Part shown: one piece after another, positions 1-9,385 of the stretch
Layout: each line of letters opens with the position of its first letter
Numbering within the stretch: the stretch's first letter is position 1
IMG/VR virus record: IMGVR_UViG_3300040810_000656
Coordinates: 1 to 64,000 of that record
DNA: 64,000 nucleotides
Direction: 5' to 3' (one strand)
DNA from: a virus
The notes under the pieces: model-generated
Database searches by the model: none
Seen by the model: only the letters and a program-made list of their open reading frames with translations
Told to the model about the DNA's origin: nothing
Made by a program: the position numbers and the translations under genes

Positions 1-69
1 GGAAATAATCCAGCCAAATGGATTAAGAATAATTATTCTTGGTTTTATGAACACTTTAAATATTTCTAG
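1..69 (+). CDS. 3' end of a gene truncated by the window edge (GNNPAKWIKNNYSWFYEHFKYF*); loosely like phage sulfotransferase C-termini
   Basis: Open frame from base 1 to TAG at 67-69, directly followed by the GGAG RBS of the next gene; only 22 aa visible. Confidence 0.45.
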   Translation, partial: GNNPAKWIKNNYSWFYEHFKYF

Positions 70-77
70 GAGAAACT

Positions 78-485
78 ATGAGTATTTTAGATAGAGATGA
101 TCTAGATCGTCGTCCACCAGCAGATGTTATGGCTGCTGAGAGACTTGTCAGAATGACAAAAAACACTTTTGAGCAGATGGTTATGTCCTTTAATGAAGGG
201 TCACAACTTTTCTGGGGCAATCGTATGGGTGCAACTCCAGAAGAGATTGCAGAAGAACTTGGCACAGATGCTAAGGAAGTATTTTATCTTCACGCACGAC
301 TTGGTGAACTCATTGCTCTCGTTAAGCCAGAAGCAATTGCTGAAGGTCTTGGCGTAGTTGGTGACTTTACAATGAATGAAGATGGTACAGTTACCGTTCT
401 TCCTCCACCTGAGCCAGAACCAGTTCCTGAGCCAGATCCAACACCTGAACCAGATCCAGCCCCTGAGCCAGATCCAGGTGTATAA
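78..485 (+). CDS. hypothetical protein with C-terminal Pro-Glu/Pro-Asp repeat tail
   Basis: 135-aa ORF, AGGAGA RBS upstream, ends PPPEPEPVPEPDPTPEPDPAPEPDPGV. Confidence 0.8.
   Translation: MSILDRDDLDRRPPADVMAAERLVRMTKNTFEQMVMSFNEGSQLFWGNRMGATPEEIAEELGTDAKEVFYLHARLGELIALVKPEAIAEGLGVVGDFTMNEDGTVTVLPPPEPEPVPEPDPTPEPDPAPEPDPGV
400..478 (+). repeat. imperfect 18-bp tandem repeat encoding (PEPDPx)n
   Basis: Recurrent CCTGAGCCAGA/CCAGATCCA units. Confidence 0.8.
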
Positions 486-491
486 CTTATG

Positions 492-528
492 GTTGTATTG
501 TGGCCTCTTTATGGGGCCACAGTATAGC
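492..528 (+). promoter_or_regulatory. 16-bp stem-loop (several G-U pairs, no U-tract) in intergenic region
   Basis: GTTGTATTGTGGCCTC-TTTAT-GGGGCCACAGTATAGC, just downstream of GTGTATAA (478-485) and upstream of the RBS at 535-540. Confidence 0.55.
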
Positions 529-545
529 AAAATAGGAGGTATATA

Positions 546-722
546 ATGGTAATTAATATAAATGATCACGAAGTTACTAATGATGATGGTTTCCAGGGAG
601 CCGTAGTATTAAGTGATACTGACGAGACTGGAACAAATAAAGTTAATAATGTCGTCGTTCTCAGTCAAGCTTCTTATGATGCTTTAACTCCGAACTCTAC
701 AACACTCTACTTTATAACATAA
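546..722 (+). CDS. small 58-aa virion/fibre-associated protein (absent from the ORF track)
   Basis: GGAGGT RBS; MVININDHEVTNDDGFQGAVVLSDTDETGTNKVNNVVVLSQASYDALTPNSTTLYFIT*; C-terminus matches the common phage fibre motif LTQAEYDAL..KD.NTLY.I. Confidence 0.8.
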   Translation: MVININDHEVTNDDGFQGAVVLSDTDETGTNKVNNVVVLSQASYDALTPNSTTLYFIT

Positions 723-735
723 TGTTGGTGATACT

Positions 736-1371
736 ATGGCTCTTGTTTCTGAAGTTAAAGCAGCTGGTTCTGGTAGTAGTGGCACAATTGGAGGTTTTAC
801 GGGAGTTGCATGGACAAGTCCTGGTAGTATTACGTCATTTGCTGATAATGACTATGCCTCTGTTGATTTAAGTAATGTTAATACAAGCTCCGAGACTTTA
901 ATCGCTACTGATTTTGGATTTAGTTTTCCGTCCAATATAGTATCTATTGATGGCATTGTATGTACTTTTGAAAGAAAAGCATCTGCTGCTGATGTTATTA
1001 GAGATAATCATGTTTACTTAATTCATGATAATGGATTGATTGGTGATAATAAAGTTGGAGCACCAGCATACTGGAGCACAACCGAAGGTGGCGTTAGCTT
1101 TGGTAGCCCTACCGATATGTGGGGCATTTCATCATATACTGGAGATGTGCTGAGTGTTATGCAAGATTCCAGTTTTGGCGTACTAATAGATGCTCAATAT
1201 TATAGCGGGTATACTGGCACAGAAACCGCTTATGTAGATCAAGTCAAAATAACAATTTACTATACTATTGTAGATTTTGTAGGTAAAATTGGTTCTAACG
1301 ATCTTGTTGATATATACTATGGCTCAAATCAAGTATCTAGAGTATATTACGGTTCTATTAGGGTTGTATAA
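736..1371 (+). CDS. putative virion structural/fibre protein (beta-rich, G/S/T-rich)
   Basis: 211 aa; DFGFSFP...IDGI, GSPTDMWG, AYVDQVKITIYYT jelly-roll-like pattern; C-terminal IYYGSNQVSRVYYGS motif typical of phage fibre proteins. Confidence 0.6.
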   Translation: MALVSEVKAAGSGSSGTIGGFTGVAWTSPGSITSFADNDYASVDLSNVNTSSETLIATDFGFSFPSNIVSIDGIVCTFERKASAADVIRDNHVYLIHDNGLIGDNKVGAPAYWSTTEGGVSFGSPTDMWGISSYTGDVLSVMQDSSFGVLIDAQYYSGYTGTETAYVDQVKITIYYTIVDFVGKIGSNDLVDIYYGSNQVSRVYYGSIRVV

Positions 1372-2477
1372 TGGACCTTTCTAAGTGCCACTGTGAAAAT
1401 CCTGGGTTTTGCCCGATATTTAATAGAACGATGGGGTCCAATCCACCAGATTGGGAATGGTGTCAAAAAACAAAAGGGGAAGAAAGAAAAAAATATAGAG
1501 ATCTACTTTCCAGATCGCCTCCTAGCAAGAATCAAACATTAATGGACCTGTATTTAGATTTGAAAAAAGAAGGAAAAGAAAAATGGCTGCATCTTTATAG
1601 TATTAGTAATAAGGAAAGCCATTTATGTAGTATCGCTACTTTCAATCAGATACAAAGAAATGAGAAGATCATCAACTTTATTGAAAATCAGAAGAGGGAA
1701 GAAATAGACTTATCCAAAATAGAAATATTATGCTTAGGACATAGTGATAAACAGTTTGCAACCATAGAAGATAGACCGTATCTCACGAAAATTAATTTAA
1801 ATGAAATTGATGCTGGAAAATATAGCGATAATCAATGGTCTGAATCTAGAGCGTATATTTCAAAAAATAAACTATTTAGAAAAGATACAGATTTTATAGG
1901 CTTTACCACAGCTTCTTGGAATATAAAATACGAACATAGTCGCATAGATAATTTTCATAACTGGAGCAATGCAAAAGTTTTATTAAACTCAAAGCCAGAA
2001 GATAAAATTGTATTATGTGGACATATGACATGTTCATGCCCTTGGACAAAAAATTACGACTATAATAAAGATATCCTATCCGTTTTTTTAAACATTGAAT
2101 ATCCACATATGACAAAGATGTTTCTTAAAATGGTTGGTCTGCATGAGTATAATCATATTAATGTTCCTTATTCTCAGCAAATGATATTACATAAATCTTT
2201 ATTTGATCAATATTATAATGATTTAATCTCTAAGGAAGTTTTTGAAAAAGCAGACTGGATTTATAATAAGTTTTTTACTCCCAATATATCTACTTGCGAT
2301 CATATTAGAGAGCAGTATCATAAAATAAAACTTAAGGGTTATTTTTTGGAAATATTTACTTGTTTCTGGTTTTCCAAACAAGATTTTATGTATATACCAA
2401 ATGTTACACGCAAAGAAGATTGGTATAATCCGATACAAGTAAATGGGAGAATTCAAAAATGGGATATGACTTCTTAA
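1371..2477 (+). CDS. putative glycosyltransferase, DUF4422/GT111 (galactofuranosyltransferase)-like, with Cys-rich N-terminal extension
   Basis: WSESRAY...DTDFIGF, QMILHKSLFDQY and KLKGYFLEIFTCFW recall DUF4422 motifs (CELTALY..DYIGL, NMFIMKKELFDEY, RVFGFLSERLFNVW); overlaps glf. Confidence 0.55.
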   Translation: MDLSKCHCENPGFCPIFNRTMGSNPPDWEWCQKTKGEERKKYRDLLSRSPPSKNQTLMDLYLDLKKEGKEKWLHLYSISNKESHLCSIATFNQIQRNEKIINFIENQKREEIDLSKIEILCLGHSDKQFATIEDRPYLTKINLNEIDAGKYSDNQWSESRAYISKNKLFRKDTDFIGFTTASWNIKYEHSRIDNFHNWSNAKVLLNSKPEDKIVLCGHMTCSCPWTKNYDYNKDILSVFLNIEYPHMTKMFLKMVGLHEYNHINVPYSQQMILHKSLFDQYYNDLISKEVFEKADWIYNKFFTPNISTCDHIREQYHKIKLKGYFLEIFTCFWFSKQDFMYIPNVTRKEDWYNPIQVNGRIQKWDMTS

Positions 2478-3562
2478 TAGTAGGAGCAGGATTATTTGGG
2501 TCTGTATTTGCAAGAGAAGCTACAGATCGAGGATATAAGTGTTTAGTTATTGATAAAAGAGATCATATAGGCGGAAATTGTTATACGGAGAATAAAGACG
2601 GTATTGATGTACACGTTTATGGGCCACACATCTTCCATACCTCTGCTAAAAAAATATGGGATTATGTGAATCGTTTCACTGAGTTTGAGCAATTTGAACT
2701 TAATGTAATCGCTAATAGAAATGGTAAACTTTTTAATCTTCCTTTTAATATGTGGACCTTCTATCAAATGTGGGGAGAAAAAGATCCAGAACAGGTTAGA
2801 AAAATTATAGAAGATCAGCAATACGTTGGAGAGATTACTAATCTTGAAGAGCAAGCTTTATCTCTGGTTGGTAAAGATATCTATGAAAACCTAATAAAAG
2901 ACTATACAACAAAACAATGGGGTAGAGATCCTTCTCTTCTTCCTGCTAGTATAATTCGACGTCTACCAGTTCGGTTTACATATAACAACAATTATTTTAA
3001 CGATATCTATCAAGGCATACCAAAATATGGATATACCAAGATGTTTGACAATTTATTAGAAGGAATAGAAATTGATTTAGAAATTGACTTTTTTAAAAGA
3101 AGAGACTATTATGAGAATATAGCAGAAAGAGTGGTTTATACCGGGCCAATTGATAGGTTTTACGATTATGAATATGGCAAATTAGACTATCGTTCATTGA
3201 GACACGAAAATGAAATATTACAGAAAGAATCATTTCAGGGCAATGTTGTGGTTAATTATACAGACCTAGAAACAGATTACACTAGGATAATAGAGCATAA
3301 ATTTTTCCATAAAAATATCAAAACAGATTCCACAATTATCACCAGAGAATATCCAGCAAAATATACTGGGGAAAATGAACCAATGTATCCAGTTAATGAT
3401 ATGGAAAATACAGAGAAACTTTCTAGATATCAAAAAATTTCACACAGCCTAAAGTATATACTTGGAGGAAGACTAGCTGAATATAAGTATTATGATATGC
3501 ATCAAGTAGTGGGATCTGCTTTAAAAACTATTGAAAAATTAGGACTCAATAAAACCACTTGA
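2459..3562 (+). CDS. glf: UDP-galactopyranose mutase
   Basis: VGAGLFG FAD motif, HIGGNCY, HVYGPHIFHT, YFNDIYQGIP, YTRIIEHKFF, GRLAEYKYYDMHQ. Confidence 0.97.
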   Translation: MGYDFLIVGAGLFGSVFAREATDRGYKCLVIDKRDHIGGNCYTENKDGIDVHVYGPHIFHTSAKKIWDYVNRFTEFEQFELNVIANRNGKLFNLPFNMWTFYQMWGEKDPEQVRKIIEDQQYVGEITNLEEQALSLVGKDIYENLIKDYTTKQWGRDPSLLPASIIRRLPVRFTYNNNYFNDIYQGIPKYGYTKMFDNLLEGIEIDLEIDFFKRRDYYENIAERVVYTGPIDRFYDYEYGKLDYRSLRHENEILQKESFQGNVVVNYTDLETDYTRIIEHKFFHKNIKTDSTIITREYPAKYTGENEPMYPVNDMENTEKLSRYQKISHSLKYILGGRLAEYKYYDMHQVVGSALKTIEKLGLNKTT

Positions 3563-3564
3563 AA

Positions 3565-3574
3565 TGTGTATAAA
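3565..3574 (+). promoter_or_regulatory. candidate late promoter TGTGTATAAA
   Basis: Intergenic, 33 bp before the 3607 start; same motif at 6809, 10374 and 32899. Confidence 0.7.
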
Positions 3575-3606
3575 GTTTGGAACGTTCAACCTTCGGAGGA
3601 GCATAA

Positions 3607-3933
3607 ATGTCGTTCGTAGAACAGGCACATTATAATGATATTGGCACTTTGTTTAAAGTGACTGTATATGACACCACTAATACTGGCGGTCAGGTTATAG
3701 CGGATATATCTGATGCTACGGCCTTACAGTTTATTTTTCAAAGGCCAGATGATACAACATTTACCAGGACTGCTGTTTTTTCTGATGATGGCTCTGATGG
3801 CGAAATACAGTATAGAACAGTTGATGGTGATTTAAATATGGTAGGAACATGGAGCTTACAGGCTTACGTTGCTACAGGCGGTGGTGAATGGCGTACAAAC
3901 ATAGCAAACTTTAAGGTCTACGAAAACTTATAA
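3607..3933 (+). CDS. BppU N-terminal-like Ig-fold virion protein
   Basis: NDIGTLFKVTV...DISDAT...FQRPD...DGEIQY...GDLNMVGTWSLQAYV...FKVYENL pattern. Confidence 0.65.
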   Translation: MSFVEQAHYNDIGTLFKVTVYDTTNTGGQVIADISDATALQFIFQRPDDTTFTRTAVFSDDGSDGEIQYRTVDGDLNMVGTWSLQAYVATGGGEWRTNIANFKVYENL

Positions 3934-3943
3934 GGGGTTTAGT

Positions 3944-4444
3944 ATGTGGAAAATCTCAATGGTTTTGATGCTAAGAACCTTAATAGGTGACTTAGATTCT
4001 GTTAAATATACAGATGAGCGATTGAAGCAAATTTTAAGCGTTGCTGCTTTTACAGTTTATTCTGAGGCGGATTTTTCTAATGCTTATATTATAGACATAA
4101 GTAGAGTTTCTATATCTCCAGATCCAGTGTCTGAAGAGGATGGAGATTTTGTAGTGTTGGTAGTATATAAAGCGGCTTGTATATTGCTAGGCAGTGAAGT
4201 TAAAACAGAATCTGGTAACGCTATTTCTATTAAAGATGGCCCGTCTGCTATAGATTTACGTGGTGTTTCTGGAAGCTTGTTAACGCTTTGGAGAGATATG
4301 TGTGCTAAATATGATGATTTACTTATTGGCTATCAGAGGACAAACACTCTTGTTGGTCAGGCGGTTCTTGGGCCGTATAGTCCTGGCAGTTGGTCAGTTG
4401 GCTCCCAAAATTTTTCAAACTATTTAAACTACTATTTTAGGTAA
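3944..4444 (+). CDS. putative head-tail adaptor/connector protein
   Basis: 166 aa; LRTLIGD...YTDERL N-terminal helix motif; first gene of the neck cluster. Confidence 0.55.
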   Translation: MWKISMVLMLRTLIGDLDSVKYTDERLKQILSVAAFTVYSEADFSNAYIIDISRVSISPDPVSEEDGDFVVLVVYKAACILLGSEVKTESGNAISIKDGPSAIDLRGVSGSLLTLWRDMCAKYDDLLIGYQRTNTLVGQAVLGPYSPGSWSVGSQNFSNYLNYYFR

Positions 4445-4456
4445 CAGGAGATAAAA

Positions 4457-4705
4457 ATGTCAGTAGCACAGAAAATTATTTCTGGTAATGAACAGCCAAA
4501 TGGCGGCAGGGGTGTTGTAAGCGTTGGAGGTATGCGTGGGCTAGGTTCAAGCAGTGACCTTCTTACTCAGGTTGCCTCTACAAATATTTTACATCCTCCA
4601 TTCAACCAGGAAAACATAATTGATCAATCAATAGCATCAATTAATGCAGTATTAGATACGAGATTTGATGAGATTAATTACTATTATAATAGTGGTGCTT
4701 ATTAA
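4457..4705 (+). CDS. hypothetical protein
   Basis: 82-aa ORF with AGGAG RBS, stop overlaps the next start. Confidence 0.7.
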   Translation: MSVAQKIISGNEQPNGGRGVVSVGGMRGLGSSSDLLTQVASTNILHPPFNQENIIDQSIASINAVLDTRFDEINYYYNSGAY

Positions 4706-5217
4706 TGGCTATAACTATCCCGGCGGGTGTATTTGATCTATACAATGAAGCTATCTTGTTATTCACAAGAACCGCAACTCTTGTATATCCAGGTAAACGT
4801 GAAGACTGCCCAAATTGCAAAATGGATACTCTTGGAATAAGAAACAAGAGTGTCAGCATTTATGTTGCGGGTGGTCCTATTCCGTTTGAGCGTGGTATGC
4901 CTTGTCCTTACTGTAATGGAAGAGGATATAAAGAAATAGAGACTAGCCAAGACATTACTTTACGTATTTACTGGGATAAAAAATATTGGGTAGATGTTGG
5001 TGCGTCTATTGACGTTCCAGATATGTCTATTCAAACCATAGGCTACATGACAGACTTAACAAAAATAGAACGAGCAAATTATCTTATTCCAAAATATGAC
5101 GGTATGGAAAAATTTAAAACACAAAAATTTAGGCGTCATGGCCCTTCATTTCCACAAGGCTTTAAACAAAATTCAACAAAATATGTAGTAACATTTTGGA
5201 CAATGGCAAATGAATAA
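4705..5217 (+). CDS. putative head closure/neck protein with CxxC...CxxC zinc site
   Basis: DCPNC and PCPYCNGRG motifs; position in neck cluster. Confidence 0.5.
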   Translation: MAITIPAGVFDLYNEAILLFTRTATLVYPGKREDCPNCKMDTLGIRNKSVSIYVAGGPIPFERGMPCPYCNGRGYKEIETSQDITLRIYWDKKYWVDVGASIDVPDMSIQTIGYMTDLTKIERANYLIPKYDGMEKFKTQKFRRHGPSFPQGFKQNSTKYVVTFWTMANE

Positions 5218-5834
5218 TGTCTATATCAATTATACTCACGCAAACAGATAAAGAAATCAGCAGCTTAATACATAAAGCTTATGCTCGGGAGCTAGTTCTA
5301 TTTTTTAAGAAAAAAGAACCACAGCTTATTAAGTCAATAAAAGACGTAACAAGACAGGTGCTATTGATTACTCCAGAAATAATAGAATTAAGAAATGGTA
5401 TTTTACGTGCAGATTTTGGTTTAACGGTAGACCCTACTGTGTCTATTATTGAGGCTATTGTAGATAGCGTAAATGTCAAAGCCACGCCAATAAAAACTTC
5501 AAGAAATTCAATCACTGGAGGGTTTAAAATAACAATACAGCCAACGAATTATCAAAACCTATACGCTCTGGGTGTCTCCACTCAAGCTATTAAAAACGGT
5601 GTATTGCCGTGGCTCAAGTGGCTGTTAGAAGCGGGTGATACAATTTTAATTGTAGATTTTGGTGTAGAATATGGACCGTATGGAAGAACTGGGCAAGCTC
5701 ACATGGTTAAGGAAACAAGACCGTTTAAAGTTAATAGTAATTATTCTGGAACCAAAGGCGATAATTTTATATCAAAAGCTTTTCAAGCTAATGAACAAAA
5801 GTTTAAAAACATTATAATAAAGGTGCTTAGCTAA
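5217..5834 (+). CDS. putative neck/tail completion protein (HK97 gp10-like position)
   Basis: 205 aa; PWLKWLL...GTKGDNFISKA C-terminal pattern; synteny. Confidence 0.45.
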   Translation: MSISIILTQTDKEISSLIHKAYARELVLFFKKKEPQLIKSIKDVTRQVLLITPEIIELRNGILRADFGLTVDPTVSIIEAIVDSVNVKATPIKTSRNSITGGFKITIQPTNYQNLYALGVSTQAIKNGVLPWLKWLLEAGDTILIVDFGVEYGPYGRTGQAHMVKETRPFKVNSNYSGTKGDNFISKAFQANEQKFKNIIIKVLS

Positions 5835-6799
5835 TGTCTGCAAACTATGGGTCATATACAAGATTAAAAAGCGTAGACAACGCTCAAGATTCTACAATCA
5901 CTAATATACTTTTAGATAATTTTGTGTATTTTTACGATTGGGGATTTCTTGATCGTGGTTCATTCTATAATATAGAAATACCTCAAAGTGGCATTTATGG
6001 TGGAGACAGGCATACACTAAGAAGATCAGAAGATCCAAATTATACAGATGGTCAAGTATGGGAAGGCTATAGAAAAAATTGGGTTTGGGAAAGTGGAATA
6101 GAGGCGACCACTCAACAGCCAATTGATATATCTGGCGTATTTGTTAATTCAACATTCTATGCTACTGGCAATACAGAAAATCCTTATTACATAGACTATA
6201 GAAATGGTCGTGTTGTGTTTGATTCTGCACAAAGCACATCTGCTACTGTTAATGTTGCATTTAGTCATAAATGGGTAGAAGTTGTTCCAGCGGAAGGTGT
6301 TCCATTTTTTAGGGAGATTCAGCAAGGTTCTTTTTATACGAAATCTGGTTTTAATGTATACAACTCTGGTGGGTGGGCACAGCTTGGAGAAACAAGAATA
6401 CAGCTTCCGGCACTTGCTATAGAAGTGAATCCTCCACAGTCTTTTGATGGATATCAATTAGGTGGTGGTCAATGGGTAAATAATGATGTTGTGTTTTATA
6501 TCATAGCAGAAAATTACTGGGAATGCACTAATATAATGGATATTGTCCTTTATCAAAATGATAGCACTTTAAAGCTTTTTAATCCTACTTCAGTTGCTCT
6601 GTCTGGTACATTTCCTTTTAATTACAGAAATGAACTTAATGATAACGCAATACCAAGCGGCATGTACCCATCTATGGTTCAGAATTTTCCATATAGAGAT
6701 TGCTGGATTAATAATTCTAAAGGCGGCAACGTTACCGAGTTAAGTCCGCAGTTATTTATTGGTACTACAAGATGTTCAACCCAAGTAAAAGCAATTTAA
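5834..6799 (+). CDS. putative tail terminator/completion protein
   Basis: 321 aa directly upstream of the tail tube gene; IQLPALAIE...YQLGGG motif typical of tail terminators. Confidence 0.5.
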   Translation: MSANYGSYTRLKSVDNAQDSTITNILLDNFVYFYDWGFLDRGSFYNIEIPQSGIYGGDRHTLRRSEDPNYTDGQVWEGYRKNWVWESGIEATTQQPIDISGVFVNSTFYATGNTENPYYIDYRNGRVVFDSAQSTSATVNVAFSHKWVEVVPAEGVPFFREIQQGSFYTKSGFNVYNSGGWAQLGETRIQLPALAIEVNPPQSFDGYQLGGGQWVNNDVVFYIIAENYWECTNIMDIVLYQNDSTLKLFNPTSVALSGTFPFNYRNELNDNAIPSGMYPSMVQNFPYRDCWINNSKGGNVTELSPQLFIGTTRCSTQVKAI

Positions 6800-6808
6800 A
6801 TCGTTTTT

Positions 6809-6818
6809 TGTGTATAAA
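6809..6818 (+). promoter_or_regulatory. candidate late promoter TGTGTATAAA
   Basis: Intergenic, upstream of the major tail protein gene. Confidence 0.7.
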
Positions 6819-6863
6819 AACATAGCCTTTACCAGAGGATCATTATAATAGGAGAATTTTAAA

Positions 6864-7898
6864 ATGGCTTTTAATCAACGTATTTTCTACGCTTGCCAAG
6901 CTGTTGCTATTGCCCCACGAGGGACAGATCCAGTTGCAGCTACCCATGTTGTACATGGTGTGCAGAGCGTTGGTATGACTTCAACATTTACGCTAGAGCA
7001 GGTTTTTGAGCTTGGTCAGCTTGAAATATATGAAAATGTAGAAGAGGTTGCTGATATCGAAGTAACCCTAGAAAAGGTTATTGATGGATATAAGACTATC
7101 TATAATCTAGCCAGTGATGGCGAAGCTGCCAATAGTATTGTAACAGCGGCATCCAAGCGATGTGATGTTTATGTTGCTATTTTTGATGACACTCTAGATA
7201 ACGCCACTGGCACTCCAAAATCAGTATGTATGAATTCTGGTATGGCTGTTTCTTCAGTGAGCTATAACTATTCAGTAGATGGTAATGCCACAGAGTCAGT
7301 TACTCTTGTTGGTAATGATAGGTTTTGGAATAGTGTTACTGCTGGAGTTATTGCAGACTCACCTATTAACATTTGGACTAATGACAGTGGTCAGGCCGAC
7401 CTTACTGGTACTGCTGGTATAGACGGGAGCGATACTCCTCCATCTGGCGTAGTTCGTCGTGCTGATGTAGACCTTGCTAATTCAACCCTTCCTTCTGAAG
7501 TAACTTCACAGATGGGAGATGATGCCGCTGGTCTTGGTGGTGGATATCACGTTCAGAGTGTTTCAGTGAGTTGTGACTTTGGTCAGGAACTCATTCAGGA
7601 ACTTGGTCGCTTTGGTCCATACACACGCTATGCTACATTCCCAGTAGAAGTTACTGCTGAGTTTGAGGTTATAGCTACTTCTGGCGATCTCGTTAGTGTA
7701 TCTGGTAATGCACCTAATCTTGTCGATAGATCAATTATCATTAAGGATACCGCTGGAACAGTTATAAATCTTGGAACAAAGAATAAGCTAACTTCAGTTT
7801 CTTATACTGGTGGTGACACTGGTGGTGGAAACGCTACGGTGACCTATTCTTATTCCAATTTCAACTCACTCACAGTTGCGGATGGCGGTCAGACATAA
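6864..7898 (+). CDS. major tail tube protein
   Basis: 344 aa, acidic beta-rich; GVQSVGMT..F.LEQVFELGQLEIYE, echoed by VQSVSVSCDFGQELIQELG; strong RBS; lies between neck genes and chaperones/TMP. Confidence 0.7.
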   Translation: MAFNQRIFYACQAVAIAPRGTDPVAATHVVHGVQSVGMTSTFTLEQVFELGQLEIYENVEEVADIEVTLEKVIDGYKTIYNLASDGEAANSIVTAASKRCDVYVAIFDDTLDNATGTPKSVCMNSGMAVSSVSYNYSVDGNATESVTLVGNDRFWNSVTAGVIADSPINIWTNDSGQADLTGTAGIDGSDTPPSGVVRRADVDLANSTLPSEVTSQMGDDAAGLGGGYHVQSVSVSCDFGQELIQELGRFGPYTRYATFPVEVTAEFEVIATSGDLVSVSGNAPNLVDRSIIIKDTAGTVINLGTKNKLTSVSYTGGDTGGGNATVTYSYSNFNSLTVADGGQT

Positions 7899-7935
7899 TA
7901 TTGTTTATAACATGATTTCGGATTGAGGACGGACA

Positions 7936-9000
7936 ATGGATGATGTTTATTACGAAAAGATATTATATAGAATATTACAAGGTCGTCTTAGATTAAGATT
8001 GGGCGACCTTGTTCTATTTGTAGAAGAACCAACGGCAGATATTATAGAAGAGTCTTTTGAGATATATGATAAAGCATACAAAGAAGCGTACTACAACAAA
8101 GTGCCTATAAAAGAAGAACTGTTAGATATACTAATTGATAACAATATGTGGAGTCCTCTTGACGACAAAACAGCAGAGAAAATAGAAAAAGAAATCGAAG
8201 AAATGAAGCTACAGGCTTTTGAAAAATTTTACGATACTAGATTTTTGAATTCTATTAAAATGAACCTCAGAAAAAAAGAGGAAGATCTTTACAAAACAAA
8301 AAAGAAAAAATTAGCCCTAGACCATACCTCATGTGAAGGTGTAGCGTCTTTTTCTAGATCTTTATGGGTATTAAATCATACAACTTTTTATGCCAAGAAC
8401 CATAAGGCGTATGATTGGCAGCATTTAACAGTGCATAATCTTTTTGATTTATATATGTCGAAACAAATTAAATATGAATCAATAAGATACATTTCAAGAA
8501 AAGACCCCTGGAGAAGTATGTGGTCTTTAGGTAAAAAATCTTGCGGTATTTTCAATAGAGATTTAATGGACACAACAAAAGATCAACATACGTTGTGTCA
8601 TTATTCAATAATGTATGATAACATATATGAGCATCCAAATTCTCCAAACGATAAAGTTATTAATGATGATGACTGTTTAGATGGTTGGATGATTAAACAA
8701 AGAAGAGAAACCGAGAAGAATAAAAAACAACAAGAAGTAGATGCTTTAACAAAGAACTCCAAAATTGCTAATTCACAAGAAGTATTTCTTATGGCTAGAG
8801 ATCAAGAATCAGCAAATGAAATATATAACTTAAACAACCCACATGCTAAAAATTTAGTAAAACAAAGAGAACAACAGATTAAAAATTCTGAAGGAAGCTT
8901 GAATTTTAAGGAACTCATAGATATTAAGCAAGATATAGCAGTACAATCGCACCAGCAAGCACTACAAGGTGCTAAGACTAAAGGACGAGGAAGGAGATAA
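7936..9000 (+). CDS. putative tail assembly chaperone (long form)
   Basis: Helical 354-aa protein between tube and TMP; N-half aligns with 9369..10325. Confidence 0.5.
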   Translation: MDDVYYEKILYRILQGRLRLRLGDLVLFVEEPTADIIEESFEIYDKAYKEAYYNKVPIKEELLDILIDNNMWSPLDDKTAEKIEKEIEEMKLQAFEKFYDTRFLNSIKMNLRKKEEDLYKTKKKKLALDHTSCEGVASFSRSLWVLNHTTFYAKNHKAYDWQHLTVHNLFDLYMSKQIKYESIRYISRKDPWRSMWSLGKKSCGIFNRDLMDTTKDQHTLCHYSIMYDNIYEHPNSPNDKVINDDDCLDGWMIKQRRETEKNKKQQEVDALTKNSKIANSQEVFLMARDQESANEIYNLNNPHAKNLVKQREQQIKNSEGSLNFKELIDIKQDIAVQSHQQALQGAKTKGRGRR

Positions 9001-9001
9001 A

Positions 9002-9385
9002 ATGGACAATGATTTTTTGAAACAGTCTTTAGACTATAAGAATGCAAGAGAAGATAGACATAGAGATGTGTCTAGAGATAAGCTTTTTAAAGCCGCAAAA
9101 AAGAAAATACAAACGACCATGATTGGAGCTTTATCTACGATTGAAGAAAATTTTGGTTTTTTGTGGGGCATGGGAATTCCAGAAGAAGAACGCTCTACAG
9201 AACACAGGAAGATTCAGGAGCTTTATGAGGAGGCTCGTGCTAAAATATTAGACAGGGGAAATACTCAAATTAGAAACTTAGAGATAGAGTTTGTGAACTA
9301 TGATATAACAAGAAAGAAATATTTAATAAATTTGCCAATGGCAAACGACCAGGAAGGAGATCCAAAGAATGGACAAAACAATTAG
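9002..9385 (+). CDS. hypothetical helical protein in tail assembly region
   Basis: ATG at 9002 behind AGGAG RBS (ORF track start 8969 is probably too early). Confidence 0.7.
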   Translation: MDNDFLKQSLDYKNAREDRHRDVSRDKLFKAAKKKIQTTMIGALSTIEENFGFLWGMGIPEEERSTEHRKIQELYEEARAKILDRGNTQIRNLEIEFVNYDITRKKYLINLPMANDQEGDPKNGQNN

